A stretch of 64,000 bases of DNA from Psilocybe cubensis (lineage: Eukaryota), in NCBI GenBank assembly GCA_017499595.2, contig CM039003.1:2914001-2978000 (forward strand), given 5' to 3'. A program made the translations under genes and the position numbers. Below are positions 23,137 to 36,336 of the stretch, in pieces; within the stretch, counting starts at the first letter, position 1; each line of letters opens with the position of its first letter. The notes below the pieces were generated by a model. It searched no databases and had not been told where the DNA came from. It saw only the letters and a program-made list of their open reading frames with translations.

Positions 23137-24538
23137 TTAGCACATGTCCCACAAGGACCCCTGCCGATACACAACATAAAAATGAAAAAACCTTCGTTTT
23201 ATAATTCGTACACACTTACAAAATACACCCAACCAGCGAGCAACACCAAAACAACGGTGGCCAGAGCGCGCCACCGAGCCGTGGTGCTAATGTATAGTAT
23301 TCCAGGTGGACCCTGTGCGCCAGCAGCATCGATCGCAGCCACCTCTTCTGCAGTCAGGTCCTCTGCGAAATATTAAAATTGATAATGGTACATAGAGGCG
23401 ACGACTCACGAAGGTCTCCTACGGCTATGTACTCCTGCAGATGCTGCTTGCTTGAGCTCGTCCTGTGAAAGCGCAATGACTATCTGTGCATGAAGGGAAA
23501 AAATTAAATTGGCCTACGTGACAATTACTGCTCCCTTTGCTTTTACCCACAGAAACACAACTTGCGTTGGCGTTATTCCAAGGCGTGCCGCGGCCTTGTC
23601 GAGCGGCGCGTCGACGGGCCCTCCAGGGTACGTGGTGATGGGACTGCAACTTCAATCAATTACGCGACCTTTATTGAGAAGAAAGAGACGCACGCAAGGC
23701 TTCCATACGCCTCTGTGATAATCCCGTGTTTGGCGTGGTATTCGAGGAGCGAGGCGTGTTCGGACAGGTTGTATGGGTGCAGCCGTATCTTTTACTAATG
23801 TCAAGATGAATCGGTGCAGTAATTCACGACGTAACACAGACCTGATTAACGGCGGGTTTGATTTTGGCTATTTTCAACAGCTGTTGTAGGTGATGGACAG
23901 TAAAGTTGCTGACTCCAATGCTCCTATATCGCGTGTGAACATGCTTGCCTGCGACGAGGAGAAATAGGCGCACTTGGTTAAACCATCTTCCTTGAACTTC
24001 TCAAATTGTCTCCATACGACTTCATATCCACCAGCTGCCTCGACAGCATTAGGCGTGTGGATGAGGTACAGGTCGAGATATTTCAACCCCAGCTTTTTGT
24101 GCACATTAGAACAACAACGGTCGTAACGAGACCATACACAACACACCTTGCTCAAGCTCCCGTGAAACGCATCCTGCACGCTTCCAAAGCCATATTTCGA
24201 CGTAACATATAACTCATCCCTCGACAGCCCCGACTCTTTGATAGCAACGCCGACGTATTGTTCATTGTTGTAATCTAATGACCAGCGAGATAAGCATGAC
24301 TCGGATAAGCGTGGAACGAGACCCTGACATACACTGCGCTGTGTCTATGTGTGCAAAGCCGGTGTCTATGGCTTGTTCTACGTAGCTGTGGATATCTTTT
24401 CCCTTGTTCACGCTTCCCGAGCCAAATGCAATGGATGGGATCTGTGGTAGGGTAATTGGGGTTCATAAGCGTATGGCGCTCGTGGAAGGGGTAACGTACC
24501 TTGCTTCCATCGTTTAGCTGTTTATCAACGAACGGCAT
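23137..24538 (-). CDS. Aldo/keto reductase with hydrophobic C-terminal tail
   Basis: MPFVDKQLNDGSK|IPSIAFGSGS; GFAHIDTAQ; LGLKYLDLYLIHTP; SIGVSNF; AYSSL; LTAEEVAAIDAAG; many introns. Confidence 0.88.
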
Positions 24539-24791
24539 TGCTAAGCCAAATTGTTCCGACTACAGGTTGGATAGTGTGAGATATAGACGAAGTAGTGCAC
24601 ACTGTAGGGAGGTTGAATCTTGAATCAACCTATATTATAAACCAAAGCACGCTTGACGGCGGACGTGGGTGGCAGCAGACAAGCAAAAATAGAACGCCAC
24701 ATGGCGGAAAAGTCACGACATGGCACCTCATCAGCATATCGCACATTCCAAGCAGTACATTCCCGTCATATTGCCAGCAGAAAGGTTCGTC

Positions 24792-25395
24792 CACGAGATT
24801 TTTTTGCGCGGACTGTCTGGCGGACTGTCCGCCGGACACTGGGTATATGGTGGGTATTTGTGACCATAGTGTGACCTCCAGGCCACGTCGGGGGATTCAC
24901 TTGCATGGTCACTGCCCTAGACAGCGAGCTCATTTCCCAACAATGCCCCACCGTCTGATGCGCTACACAGCGCGCGCATTGTTGGTAGCACATTTAAACT
25001 GCTGCATAACGCGTGAGAATTTGTTTGGCACATTGCGGCTTTTTTTGAATATTGGCTGGCTCAACTTCAACGTCAAGCAAGCTGTTATTCGGGCGCTTCA
25101 TTTACTACACCAACGCAGTCATTGAGACAGAGACAGTATGTACTTCTATAGGAAAAAAATTGTAATATAAAGAGCAAAAATCTACAAAGCTGAAACAATG
25201 GTGACCATCCTCAAGGTCAGCTTGGAGGTGGAGGGTGGTAGTTGTTGGGGAGGGGCACTGCCAGTGGTCGCTGTGGAACACAGTGAGCACGGCTGTCACT
25301 AACCCAGGTCACGCTGGCTCACTGTAAGGCCTATAAGTCCGGCGGACAGTCCGGCAGACAGTCTGGCGGACAGTCCGCGCCTTTTTTTTTCGCAA
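24792..25395. mobile_element. ~600-bp MITE-like non-autonomous element with inverted terminal arrays of GGACTGTCCGCC
   Basis: Left gcgcggactgtctggcggactgtccgccggac (24806-24837) is the inverted counterpart of gtccggcggacagtccggcagacagtctggcggacagtccgcgc (25337-25380). Interior has no credible ORF; no clear TSD. Confidence 0.7.
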
Positions 25396-25995
25396 ACCAC
25401 CTGTCCTCATTGCCAGGGATTGTGACAAGTCTGACTTCTATCTTTAGATGTATATTGGGCGGCACGATACCGGCTTGCTATACCTGGCAAAGTATGTACT
25501 CCGACGCACTCCGACGCAAACTGCCATCTCGGCATGTGTCTCGAGGGTATGTGTTGTTACTATGCTACATATGTTATCCTTTTCCCAAATAAATTTCCGC
25601 CTTATTTTGTTGAAGATCTTCAGCCGTAGCGGGTCAAAATCTGGCCAACCCAACTTCAAAGTGTTGTCAATCTGTTCGAAACCTGCAAGGTCTAAATGTT
25701 AAATTAATTGTCAAAAAATCCCGTACTTGATGCTAACTTGCTGTATTTGTACACCCTCAAAGGCCGTGCCTGTCTACATCTTCCCAATATCCCTCGAAAT
25801 GTGCCCGTTTGGACATTGTATTCTTGCAGTGGTTTTTCTCAGAAATTTTTGACTCCGATTTCATTCTCCGCTGACCATAGATCTCCCACAAATCACCCCG
25901 TTTCACATTTTACAATTTTGTGCTGGTTTCGTTGGACAATCCCCCTTCCCCTTCTGCGAGGCCGAAGACTGGCCTGGTGGCCTGAACATCGTTAA

Positions 25996-27622
25996 ATGTC
26001 GGATGCTTCTTCAAAATCATCCTATTCAAACGGTGCAGCATCAACGTCAACTGCTACGAGCAGAACAAGCCAAGTTGCAGCTCAAACTCGACCACAAACC
26101 CATCGCAAGCGGGTGCGCAGCGACTCTGCCGATTCTCCGCGCGACACACATCGACCTCGAGAGAAGAACCAGAAGATGTTCAAGGCTCACGGTTTTGAAG
26201 ACACCGACACCGACACGGAGATGGACGCAATTATCGAGCCTGCGTCTGCTTCTACGTCGAACTTGGTGACGGAGGGAAAGGAAAAAGGAAAGGAAAGAGA
26301 GACAGCAAAGACATTTGTCAGAGACGAGCGATATTACTTTGAAGATGGAAGTTGTGTGCTGCTCGTGCAGGACACGTTGTTCAATGTATGTATGCCCATT
26401 ATTCATATAACTGAAAACGAATGCATTATACTACAGGTCCATCGTTCAATTCTAAGCAACGATTCATCTAGCTTTTCGACCATGTTCTCCCTCCCACAAG
26501 GCGGGCAAGATGTCGAAGGTAGATCAGATGCGAACCCCATAGTACTGATCGGTGACACTCCAGAAGAGTTTCGACACTTTATCTGGGCCCTCTACGCGCT
26601 GTAAGTACCCTCATCGAGAAATTAAACCATATGCTAAAATATCTAGACCACACGAGCTCAAAATTGTCACCTCCCCACACGCGAACCTGCTCCAACTAAT
26701 AGATATTGCGCGTGTGTCCAACAAATATTCATTCAAGTCTCTCGAGACGTGGGCACTGGATGCAATACAAGAGTACGTAAATCGCAAACCGTCCCCGATC
26801 CTCGGGGGCACCGAACAGGCACTCTCTTTCAACTCCAACTTGGCCACACCCAATGCCACTGCGAAATCGCCAGAAGATCCAGCTGCACAAAATGAAACAG
26901 CCGACCAGCTCACGCGCCTCATCCGCCTCGCACAGCTGTGCCAGCACGAGCGGCTGCTGAGCACGATGATCAACCTCCTGCGCCAGCTCATGTCCACCTC
27001 TGTGCGGTACGCTTACCTCGCCATGACACTTGCAGATGAGCTGGACCTGCGCACGCTTCGTGGCGCCGCATACCTCGAGGTCATGCAGAAGGCCGTGGTG
27101 GTGAAGAAGGTGCGCGTAGATGTGCTGAAGCCCGCCGCAGACACGGCGAGCCATAACAACAGCTCGTCAAGTCTTGTCGATTCCAGTGGGACCCCGCTGC
27201 CGCAGGAGGAGGGCTCCATCGATGCTTCGGGCAGGCTGATCGTCACGCGCGCGCAGCAGCTGCGTCTTTTGGCGGGATACTATCGCTTGACGTCTGTGTG
27301 GGACAAGCTGCGGCGTGAGCCCCTCCCGTTCGAGCATTCGCATGCGTGCGGTGCGACCTGGCATCAGCAGGGGTGCACGCAGTCGTGGCTTGAATTTTGG
27401 AAGGAGAAGACGCGGAGTGATGGAGTTATGAATCTCGGTATGGCGGATGTGCTGGGGAGGCTAAAACTTGTACAGAAGGAATATGACCGGTGGGGCAGCG
27501 CAACATACATGCACCACGATTGCAGGCTGGGTGCGAAGAGGGCGATTGGGGATGTTATCAAGAGGGTGGAAGAGGCGTTGCCGGATTATTTTGCGGAGCC
27601 AGGGGAATTTGAAGATGATTGA
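25996..27622 (+). CDS. BTB/POZ-domain protein (3 exons)
   Basis: RDERYYFEDGSCVLLVQDTLFN|VHRSILSNDSSSFSTMFSLPQ..EGRSDANPIVLIGDTPEEFRHFIWALY; C-terminal H.C...C..W..W region. Confidence 0.88.
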
Positions 27623-27865
27623 GTCATTCTTGCATGTACATAACACTTTAACATCCATAACTAAGTCATAATTGAACATATATTGTGAGGATCGAGCTTA
27701 CACTTAGGGATCAGAAACGTATTCCTTGGAGAGTGGGTGGATGTCTAAGAATGCGAGACCGTGCAAATTACTGAGTATCAAATCACACTAGCGTTATGCA
27801 GCACAAATAATTTGGTATGTTTCTGTTGAGCAACTTGAAGGCTTGGAATCTGACATGTGGCATGA

Positions 27866-29234
27866 TGAGACGCAATACATGATTACTACTCAAAACAGGC
27901 GATATTCAAGATGAATTTCATTCCAAAATTTTAATTAGCGACCATTGTACAAGTTGCATGAGAAAATTTAGGAGCAGCGATTGAAAACAACGTAGACAGG
28001 CTCTGAGTGGTTACCACAGGGTTTGTTGACTTGACGTTGTGAAGTCAAGTACTTGTCGGCAAGAACGAGGTGATACTTAGAATGGGATTGAGATTCGTAG
28101 TAGGCTACTTTTGAGTCATGTTGGACGGTTGTACCAAGCATGCGGATATGAAGTGGACGGGACCGTACGTTTGAAAGGATTTAGGTGGGTGAAAGAAAAT
28201 TAAAAATCATTCATGTAAGCTGGGAGAGGGCAAAGGGAAAAAATGCCGTAAGCCAGTATTGTTACCAGACCCAAATGGGAGGGCGAGCCAGAATTTCGAG
28301 ATCCTTCGTGAAAGTTTGAGGACGAATACAACGGCATCATCATTGGATTGGAACTTGCAGGGATGTTGTCATCGGCGTTGACTTGGAGAAAATAGATACA
28401 CACTGGGTTCCCTAAAGGATAAGAAACCTGGAGCAATTCCGACTCGAAATCTGCTTGTCTGCGGAGTTTGCTGCTTCAAGCACGGAAAGTGACAACAAAA
28501 TGCCCAGCACCAAATGTCTACCATGCTTCATAGTTTGCAACTGGTGCCATTTTTGCCCCGTTTTCCTGCCACTAAGGAAGCTATCAGGCGCTGAGACGCA
28601 GTACATGATTACGATTGAAAAACGGGCCCGATGCAAGATATGCAAGATGGATTTCATTCCAAAACGTTAATCGAGACGGTTTAATTAGCGGCCATTGTAA
28701 AAGTTGCATGAGAAAAGATGAGCAGAGATTGAACAGGATTGAACACAGCGGCTAAGTTGGAAAGACAAGGTCTGGCTAATTGCCACAGGGTGCGTCGACT
28801 TGACGTCGAGAAGTCGAGTGATCGGCAGCACGAACGAAGTGATATTATCGGGTTGAGGTTGGAATAGACTAGTTTTGAGTCGCGTTGGGCGTCTGGGGCA
28901 AGCATGCAGATACGAAGAAAAAGAGGGTGGATGGGAACGTACATGTGAGAGGATCTGGGTGTAGAACCAAATGGGAGGACAAACCAGAATTTCCAGGTCC
29001 TTTGTGAAAGTTTGAAGAGGGGTACAGCGGCCTGGAGCTTGAAGGGGTGTTGTCGGCGGCGAAACCACAAGCAATTCCGGGGAACCTGCTCTTCTGCGGA
29101 GTCTGCTGCTTCAAGCACGGAAAGTGACAACAAAATGCCCAGCACCAAATGTCTACTATGCTTCATAGTTTTCGACTGGTGCCATTTCTGCTCCGCTTTC
29201 CTGCTGTCGTGCCGCTAAGGAAGCTATCAGGCGC
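27866..29234. repeat. Diverged direct tandem duplication (copy A 27866-28591, copy B 28592-29234) covering the 3' end and downstream region of the adjacent gene
   Basis: Both copies start tgagacgca(a/g)tacatgattac and end ctaaggaagctatcaggcgc; shared gctgcttcaagcacggaaagtgacaacaaaatgcccagcaccaaatgtcta. Confidence 0.85.
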
Positions 29235-29939
29235 GGGGGTCGCAAGAGTCCCGCCAAAGTTGTTCCAGGGGCCATCAGTCATCACTGGGGCCACTCTTTG
29301 TGCTTGTGTTTGCCCCAATCCTAGGCTGCTGTCACTGATCCCTGTCGTCAGACCAAAACTTGGCCCCATCGCCATCATACTCCGCATGAGCAAATCCACA
29401 TTGTTGGTTGACGGTTGCTCTTCTAGCGCGGCTTTGGACCCGCGCCGGAGGATCTCTTCGAATTGTGAGTCTTCTTCCAACTTGGCGATTTCGGAGCGTA
29501 GTGATGAGAGGATTTTGTCGACGAGGACTTGAATTAAAAGGAAAATGAATGAATATATGCATTATAATAAACTTAAGGGCTAGGCACCTCTCTCTTCAGA
29601 AGGATCCAACTTTCTCTCCCCAAGCCTCACTGGTCGTCCTCCTACTGCGCCCCCGCCCATTGACATGGGCAACAACGCGTTCAAATCGACCAATGGATCT
29701 TTATCTGCACGCATCTCCTCCTTCCGCGGTAGGTGGAGCTCAATCTCCATCATATGCTTGCGTTCAAAGGCGGGTTGAGAGATCTGTGCTTCAGAGTCCG
29801 AGAAGGAGGTCTGGTCGGCGGGATAGGTTGTGCCCACGGATGAGGCAGGGGAAGGTGGGCGCACGACGGGGTCGGCATATGGTGTGTGATGTACATGGGT
29901 TGGATGAGGGCCTGAGGGAAGGGGGAGAGCGTTGGACAT
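29163..29939 (-). CDS. Hypothetical protein (2 exons)
   Basis: ORFs 29580-29939 and 29163-~29530, separated by an AT-rich intron-like gap. Confidence 0.6.
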
Positions 29940-30040
29940 CGTCGTGGTGGTGGTGTCGTTGAAGGACGTGCGCGATGATGAAGGTTGAAAGGCAAGTTGC
30001 TAATGCCGGTTGGATACCACAACGTAGGCAAGAAAGTCAA

Positions 30041-30161
30041 GGCGCTATAGTGTAGAGGTTATCACACGGGATTTTGAACGAACCCTGCAATTATGATCGC
30101 CTCTGGTGATCGCGGAATGTCGGATCTTCCCGTAACCCCGGTTCGAGTCCGGGTAGTGCCT
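30041..30161 (+). tRNA. tRNA-Gln (anticodon TTG) with 49-nt intron (30078-30126)
   Basis: Acceptor stem GGCGCTA/TAGTGCC; D-arm TAGTGTAGAGGTTATCAC; anticodon stem CGGGA/TCCCG with loop TT-TTG-A|intron|T; T-arm CCCGG-TTCGAGT-CCGGG; TTTTT Pol III terminator follows. Confidence 0.93.
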
Positions 30162-30404
30162 CTTTTTGATTCCTACGTCAATCCTGTTTTAGATGGCGCT
30201 GGTACAGAACAACGATTCTTCAACCTTCATTAAAGTCTCTAATTGATTGACTTATAGTTCACCATAAATTTTTATTCATATTCTCTCTGAAGTAGTGACA
30301 ATTTTTTTGCATGTATACATTGAACGGCTGCAATTTCAATACGTTCTTTCAGCCTCTCGTTCTTTGCCGAGACCAACTTTGACTAAAGTTACTCGGCGTG
30401 TGGC

Positions 30405-30647
30405 TCAGTAGCCTCTGTCGACAAGTGCCTCCTGGGTGGCAATTGGAACAGCAGGGTACGAGCGGCCCCCACCATTCAAGTCTACCTCAGCATTTGTGGG
30501 ACTTTTCAAGTCGACTTCGTCTACCTCGGCCTTTGTGGGAGTCAGGTCGACTTCGGCCACTTTGGGCGTTACAATGGCGACGTTCGGCATCGCGACAGCA
30601 AGGGTGAAAGACGCGATGAAAGTGAAGATGACGGTGAAGTATTTCAT
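30405..30647 (-). CDS. Small secreted peptide precursor with internal AEVDL repeats
   Basis: Signal-peptide-like MKYFTVIFTFIASFTLAVA; repeats TPKVAEVDL / TPTKAEVDEVDL / SPTNAEVDL; TATA-like element upstream (~30782). Confidence 0.65.
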   Translation of the reverse strand: MKYFTVIFTFIASFTLAVAMPNVAIVTPKVAEVDLTPTKAEVDEVDLKSPTNAEVDLNGGGRSYPAVPIATQEALVDRGY

Positions 30648-31727
30648 TGTTTGGTTGGTTTGAGGTTCAGTGATAACTGTGTGATTGTTTTGGTGAGTTA
30701 ATATATGTTTTGGAGGCTGGAATGATTGCTCACTGTATCCGTTGAAGACTGGGTTGAAAAATTTGGGAATTGCAGGGGTGCTTTTATAGGTTTATGTTGT
30801 GTGGATATATCACCGTTCGTGAAAATCTTTGGTTAATACCAGTTATTGTTGGAATCGGCTGATGACAGTAGTCCATTGAGCGTAGTAGCTTGTAGCGACG
30901 ATGTTGTAGAAAGAACTAACGTTATCGCTCCTTAGACTTCTAGGAAATGTAAGATTGGCTAGTAGACACATCTAGGTAGTTTTTTCATGGAGCGATTAGA
31001 TTCGGTGACCGTCAACGACCGTGAATTTCCAGGAAAATTGCTATTCCGGGTATATTTTAAACATGGTTTTCTTCACCTGTTATATTAAACGTCGACGGGG
31101 AGATTCTCGGAGGCGACACCAATAGTATTCAGGTTGTTGGCTATGCTCATGGTTGAGCGAAAAGAATAGACACCGGTTGGAGCGAAAAGACGTCATGCGT
31201 GTTTACTGCTGGTTCTGGCCTTTTTCTATTGCGTGTAGTTGCCAGTATTAAAACTAAGCCCTTCTGTCACACTTTGGATTAAAACGAAAGTCTATGCAGA
31301 TCAAGCCGAAAAAGCATTATATTTAGCATGGATAGCATGAATTACTAGCATATGCGTATTTTATATGCGAAATACTTTGGTGGTACCGATCAATTGGGCC
31401 AGGTTAAACAATTTTTAGCTTTCGTTAGAGACGATCATTTGCAGGGAGAAATAAAATTGGATTGCATTTTTCAAAGATCTTGAGCTATTCCTTTGGACCG
31501 TAAAAATGACCCAGAAGGCGCTCCAGAAGTCTCGACTAGTTTTGATATAAATGGATATGCACCACTTCCGGAAAGAAGGCGCACGAACGCGACGCGTCAC
31601 TAATATAATTACATAACGTGCACGCGCTATTTGTTTCTGTTTGGTGCCATGAAAACCAACCGCGTTCGTGTGCCACTCGATCACTTCTAATTCTTTGTCT
31701 TCGCCTTATCGCTCACATATCTTCCAC

Positions 31728-34700
31728 ATGCCTAAGCGACATAACTACGGCCAAAGCGACGACGAGGAAGAAGATACTCGGACGTCGAAACGCGTCAGGA
31801 CTGCCGGTAGCAGTGACGAGGAACAAGAGGCTTCACAGCCACCCCGGGCGCGTGCGAGTCGCACAGATAAAGGAAAGGGCAAAGCAAGGGCTTGGAATAA
31901 ACGAGATGTGAATGCACACGGAAGTATGAGTGAGGATGAGATAGACGAGGAAGCACATGAAGAGGAGTTCGACAGGATACATGGCCCGGCCCTTTTGAGA
32001 CGTCTCGCCAACAGACCGCAGAACAAGCTAGGGGTTCGTTTTTGTTTACTTCGATACTACCAATGAGATTAATGGGCTCGTGTAGTCGATTGCTGAGCAC
32101 GGTGTCATTGAATATGTCGAAATGACTCAATTTATGTGCCATAAATATCTGACATTTCATTTTGGTCCTCAAATCAACTTTATCATCGGTGAGCATACCA
32201 TCCTCTGTGACTCTTTGAAATACTAATGTTCTCTATAGGACACAACGGGAGTGCGTATCGTATCCTTGATACTACCCCTTTTCCACTGATCCGCCTGCAT
32301 AGGTGGGAAGAGTGCAGTCTTATCTGCTATTACGGTGGCTCTCGGAGGAAAGTCATCTTCGACTGGTCGTGGCAGTGGTCTTAAGTCATTTATTCGTGAA
32401 GGACAAAGGTTCGAATTTCCCTTTCATCTAATGAGAAAACCTAACCTGTCCATCAGCACCGCCGAAGTCACTATCCACATCAAGAATCAAGGCGAAGAAG
32501 CATACAAGCCCGAAATCTATGGTAAAACTATCTCGATCACTCGTAGATTCAACAAAGATGGTGGATCGAGCTGGAAGATCAAAGGGAAAGACGCTAAAAA
32601 GACCTACAGCACGAAGAAGGACGAACTTGATGCCATATGCGACCACATGAATATCCAGGTTGATAATCCCATGAACGTCCTCACTCAAGGTATGTGCATA
32701 TTTTACATCGCATCTCCTATACATATCAAATGCTTCGATGATAGACGCTGCGCGGCAATTTTTAAGCGCCTCAAAGCCTGAAGACAAATACAAAGTGCGT
32801 ATCATGTGCAACGTAACATATTTTTTGTTTTGTTTTTTAATCTAGCTAGTTAGTTCTTCTTACGAGGCACACAGCTCGAGCAACTGTCTCAGGAGTACGA
32901 ACTGTGCTGGGCGAACATCCATCAGACAGATAAATTATTGGAAACCAAGGGCGAAGCCATTCCCGAGCTTCTAGAGCGCAAAATAGCGGCTGAAGCCAGA
33001 TGGAAAGAAGCTGATCAGGCGCGTCAGCAACGAGTACTGATCGAGGAGCTGAACAAAGAACTTGCTTGGGCTCATGTTGCTGTGAAAGAAGCGGAGATGG
33101 TTCAGAAGCTCAATGAGCATGCAAAAGCTGAACGTCGATTACCTAAAATCGAAGAAGCGGTACAGGAAGCGAAGGTATGATTTACTACGGCAGTCTTTGA
33201 TATGTCGCTGCGACCTGACCTGACGATTTGTTTCAAGGCTGAGTTTGATAAGGCGTCTGAGAAAGTATCCATCCTAGAGGCACAGATGTCAACCTCTGAT
33301 ACGGAAAAGCAACTTAATGACAAGAAACTAGCCATTCATGAGGAGATGAAGGAAAATAAAGTCAAGTTGATGGATATTAACGTATCTCTTCTTCACCCTC
33401 CTCTCTCATGGTTCACGATCTAATGATACATAATTGCAGAAAGACCTCAAGCAGATGAACCAGACTGTGGAGGCATTGAACAAGACGATCGAAGGGATCG
33501 AGAAGGCCCAAAAGAATGAAGAGGCGAAGATGGCCATCAACACACAGGAGAAAAGGGAGCAAACTCAGGCTAAGATTGTTGAAACAAAAGCGGCCATCGC
33601 GGGATTCGAAGCGCGTCTCAACGAGCTATCTATCAAGAAGCGGGACATTGAATCAGAAGCGGAGAAAATCAAGAGCGAGGGGCTGCAGTGGGATGAGAAA
33701 ATGAAGGAGTACATGGGACTCGTGAAGGAGAACGAGGGGTATATCGAGGCAGCGAAGAAGCGCGAGCACGATGTCTATATTCCGTACGGCAAGAACATGA
33801 AGCAACTCCTGGATACAATTCGCAAGCACAAATGGCACGGCGATATGCCATTAGGCCCTTTGGGCTTGCACGTCAAGGCCAAAGATCCTAAGACATGGGG
33901 CGATATCCTTCGTGCCCAGCTTGGGCGTCTGCTCATTACCTTTGGTGTCACGGACCACAAAGACAGGCCTGCTTTGAAACGTATGCTTGTACAGTCTGGA
34001 AAGTGAGTCTTCGCGGTTATTGTTATATAAAATTCCCCTGATTGACATTCCACCTTAGCCCTTATCATGAGATCATCGTATTTCAAAAGGATTTGTTTGA
34101 CTATTCGACGGGGGAACCGCCTGAAAGATATCTCACTGTATTGAGAGCTCTCGAGGTTTGCCTCCAACCGTTCTAGGCCTCCGCTGATAGTAATTGACTT
34201 TTATCGTATTTGTCCTAGGTCGATGATCCTTATGTTCTTCGGCTTTTAATCAATCAGGCTCACATTGAAAGTTTGCTCCTTGCGCATACTCGTAAAGAAG
34301 GAGAAGAATTGTTGAAGACCCTTCGTGGCGGCATGGCGTGGACCAACGATAAAATGGTTGTCCGAGTGTTCCCGTAAGACCTGTTTTACTTTATTTACTC
34401 TCATCGAGGCTTATAGTGTATATTATCCCAGGGAGGGAGGGGTATCCAGTTCTCGGATTAATATGAAACCTATGAACGGCGCAATGAGCCAACTGTTGAC
34501 AGGACGAAATGCGGCGGAGGATATCCGGTGAGCACGTCCCGCATGATTTTTTTTTCTGCAATTACTCATAGCTGGTTAGATTCTACTTGGAGAAGAAAGA
34601 ACAAGCACAGCAAGACTACACTTCTGCTTCGACAACTGTGGATAACCTCAAAAAAGAGTACCACTCGAAGAAGCGTGAGATTGATGCGATTGAGGTATGT

Positions 34701-36336
34701 ATATTACCTCAGTTCTCGGCCCTTATCGTGATTTTCTTAAATATGTTACGTATCTAGCGTGAGGAGAAGACTACACAACACAATCTGAGGCAAGAACGTG
34801 CTAGACTCAACAGTCTTCATCAAGAGGCGAATGCAGAGCTTCCCGCTGGCCTGGCCGGATTTGCGGAAGCTAAACTTGTCAGTGTTTTGCTGTACTTTGT
34901 AGGACACAAAGCTAATGAAGCACGATGAATAGGAAGCGCAATCAGAGAAAGAATCCATGATGTTGCAAATCGAAGGTGTCATGAGAAATAAGATGGCAGT
35001 GGATACTGCGCAGAACAAACTCCAGCAAGAATTGAAGAATATCAGAACCACTATCGCCGAGTTCGATCAGCAAAGAGCAACTATCCAGGTATGTTTCCTG
35101 CCAATCAATCGACGCGATTACATGCTCAACCGCTCGTAACTGTGTAGAGAAAAATGGAAAGCGCTGTCGAGGTTCGCGTTAAAGCTCAGAACGCCATGCT
35201 TCATTACGAAAGTAAACTAGCTGAGGGGAAGAAAGCTGTAGAAACCGCTCTGGAAGCCGCTCAGGTTGTGGAAGAAGAATTCAAGGCAGGTGTAACATTC
35301 GGTTTGCCTATTTGATCTGGACGCTCAATTTTATTCTTTATTATTGCTATTATCTTAGTCGTGGACTAAGGAAGCAGAAACTGTCGCTCCCGAACGAATT
35401 GCGACGCCGCGTAAACCTGATGCCGTCAAGACGCATATTGCGTCTTTGAAGGCAGCTCTTGCGGAACGAGCCAAGAAGTAAATAATTTTATTTCTGAGTT
35501 GCTAAAGCGATGGCTGACCGCTGGTAAACTTGCAGAACTGGTGCTTCACTGGAGACATTGGCGAAACAGCTCACAGCCGCCGAAGAGTCTTTAAAAAAGG
35601 CCGAAGCAGAAATAAAAGCAATGAAGAACCTAAACGCGGTTCGTTAATGTTGATTGTTTCAATTACCAATATTTTTGTCTTACCACACATGTCAGGCTCT
35701 CACAGAGTCTATGTTAGTTCGTTCTCATCGTTGGGATGACTTCCGGATGCACGTTGCTCTACGATGCAAACATATCTTCCAACACCATCTTTCCAATCGG
35801 GGATACTACGGTAAACTTTACTTTAAGCATTTCTCCCATCAGCTGGACATCCGGGTACGTGCTTCGCTTTTTGTCAAACGGATGTGTTATTCAGACCGTT
35901 CCTTTCAGGTTATTACGGACGATCAAATGCAGACGCAAGGTGCTGCTCGCGACAAAGATCCAAAGTCACTTAGTGGAGGTGAAAAGTCGTTCTCAACTAT
36001 TTGTCTACTGCTTTCGCTTTGGGAATGCATTGGTTGTCCAATTCGCTGCCTTGGTAAATCCACGTTGTGTGCTACCGCTTATATCCATATCTGACACTGC
36101 TTTTTCTTTGTGCGTCAGACGAATTCGATGTGTTCATGGATGCTGTGAATCGCCGCATCAGTATGAAGATGATGATCGATACTGCAAACACTTCGGACAG
36201 GAAGCAGTACATTTTGATCACTCCTCAAGATATGGCGAACATCAAAATTACGCCGAGCGTCCGCGTACTGAGGATGTCGGATCCTGAACGCGGTACAAAT
36301 GGCACTCTTCCGTTTACTTCAGCCAACGGCGATTGA
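31728..36336 (+). CDS. SMC6: Structural maintenance of chromosomes protein 6
   Basis: FMCHKYL.F.FGPQINFIIG|HNG|SGKSAVLSAITVALGGKSSSTGRGSGLKSFIREG; NIQVDNPMNVLTQD; coiled coils; LSGGEKSFSTICLLLSLW; LDEFDVFMDAVNRRISMKMMID; QYILITPQDM. Confidence 0.93.

Noticed and set aside
28412-29218. ORFs with signal-peptide-like MKHSRHLVLGILLSLSVLEAA
   Set aside because: They overlap the stop codon and 3' UTR of the neighbouring gene within the decayed duplication, and the frames differ between copies; no support for coding.
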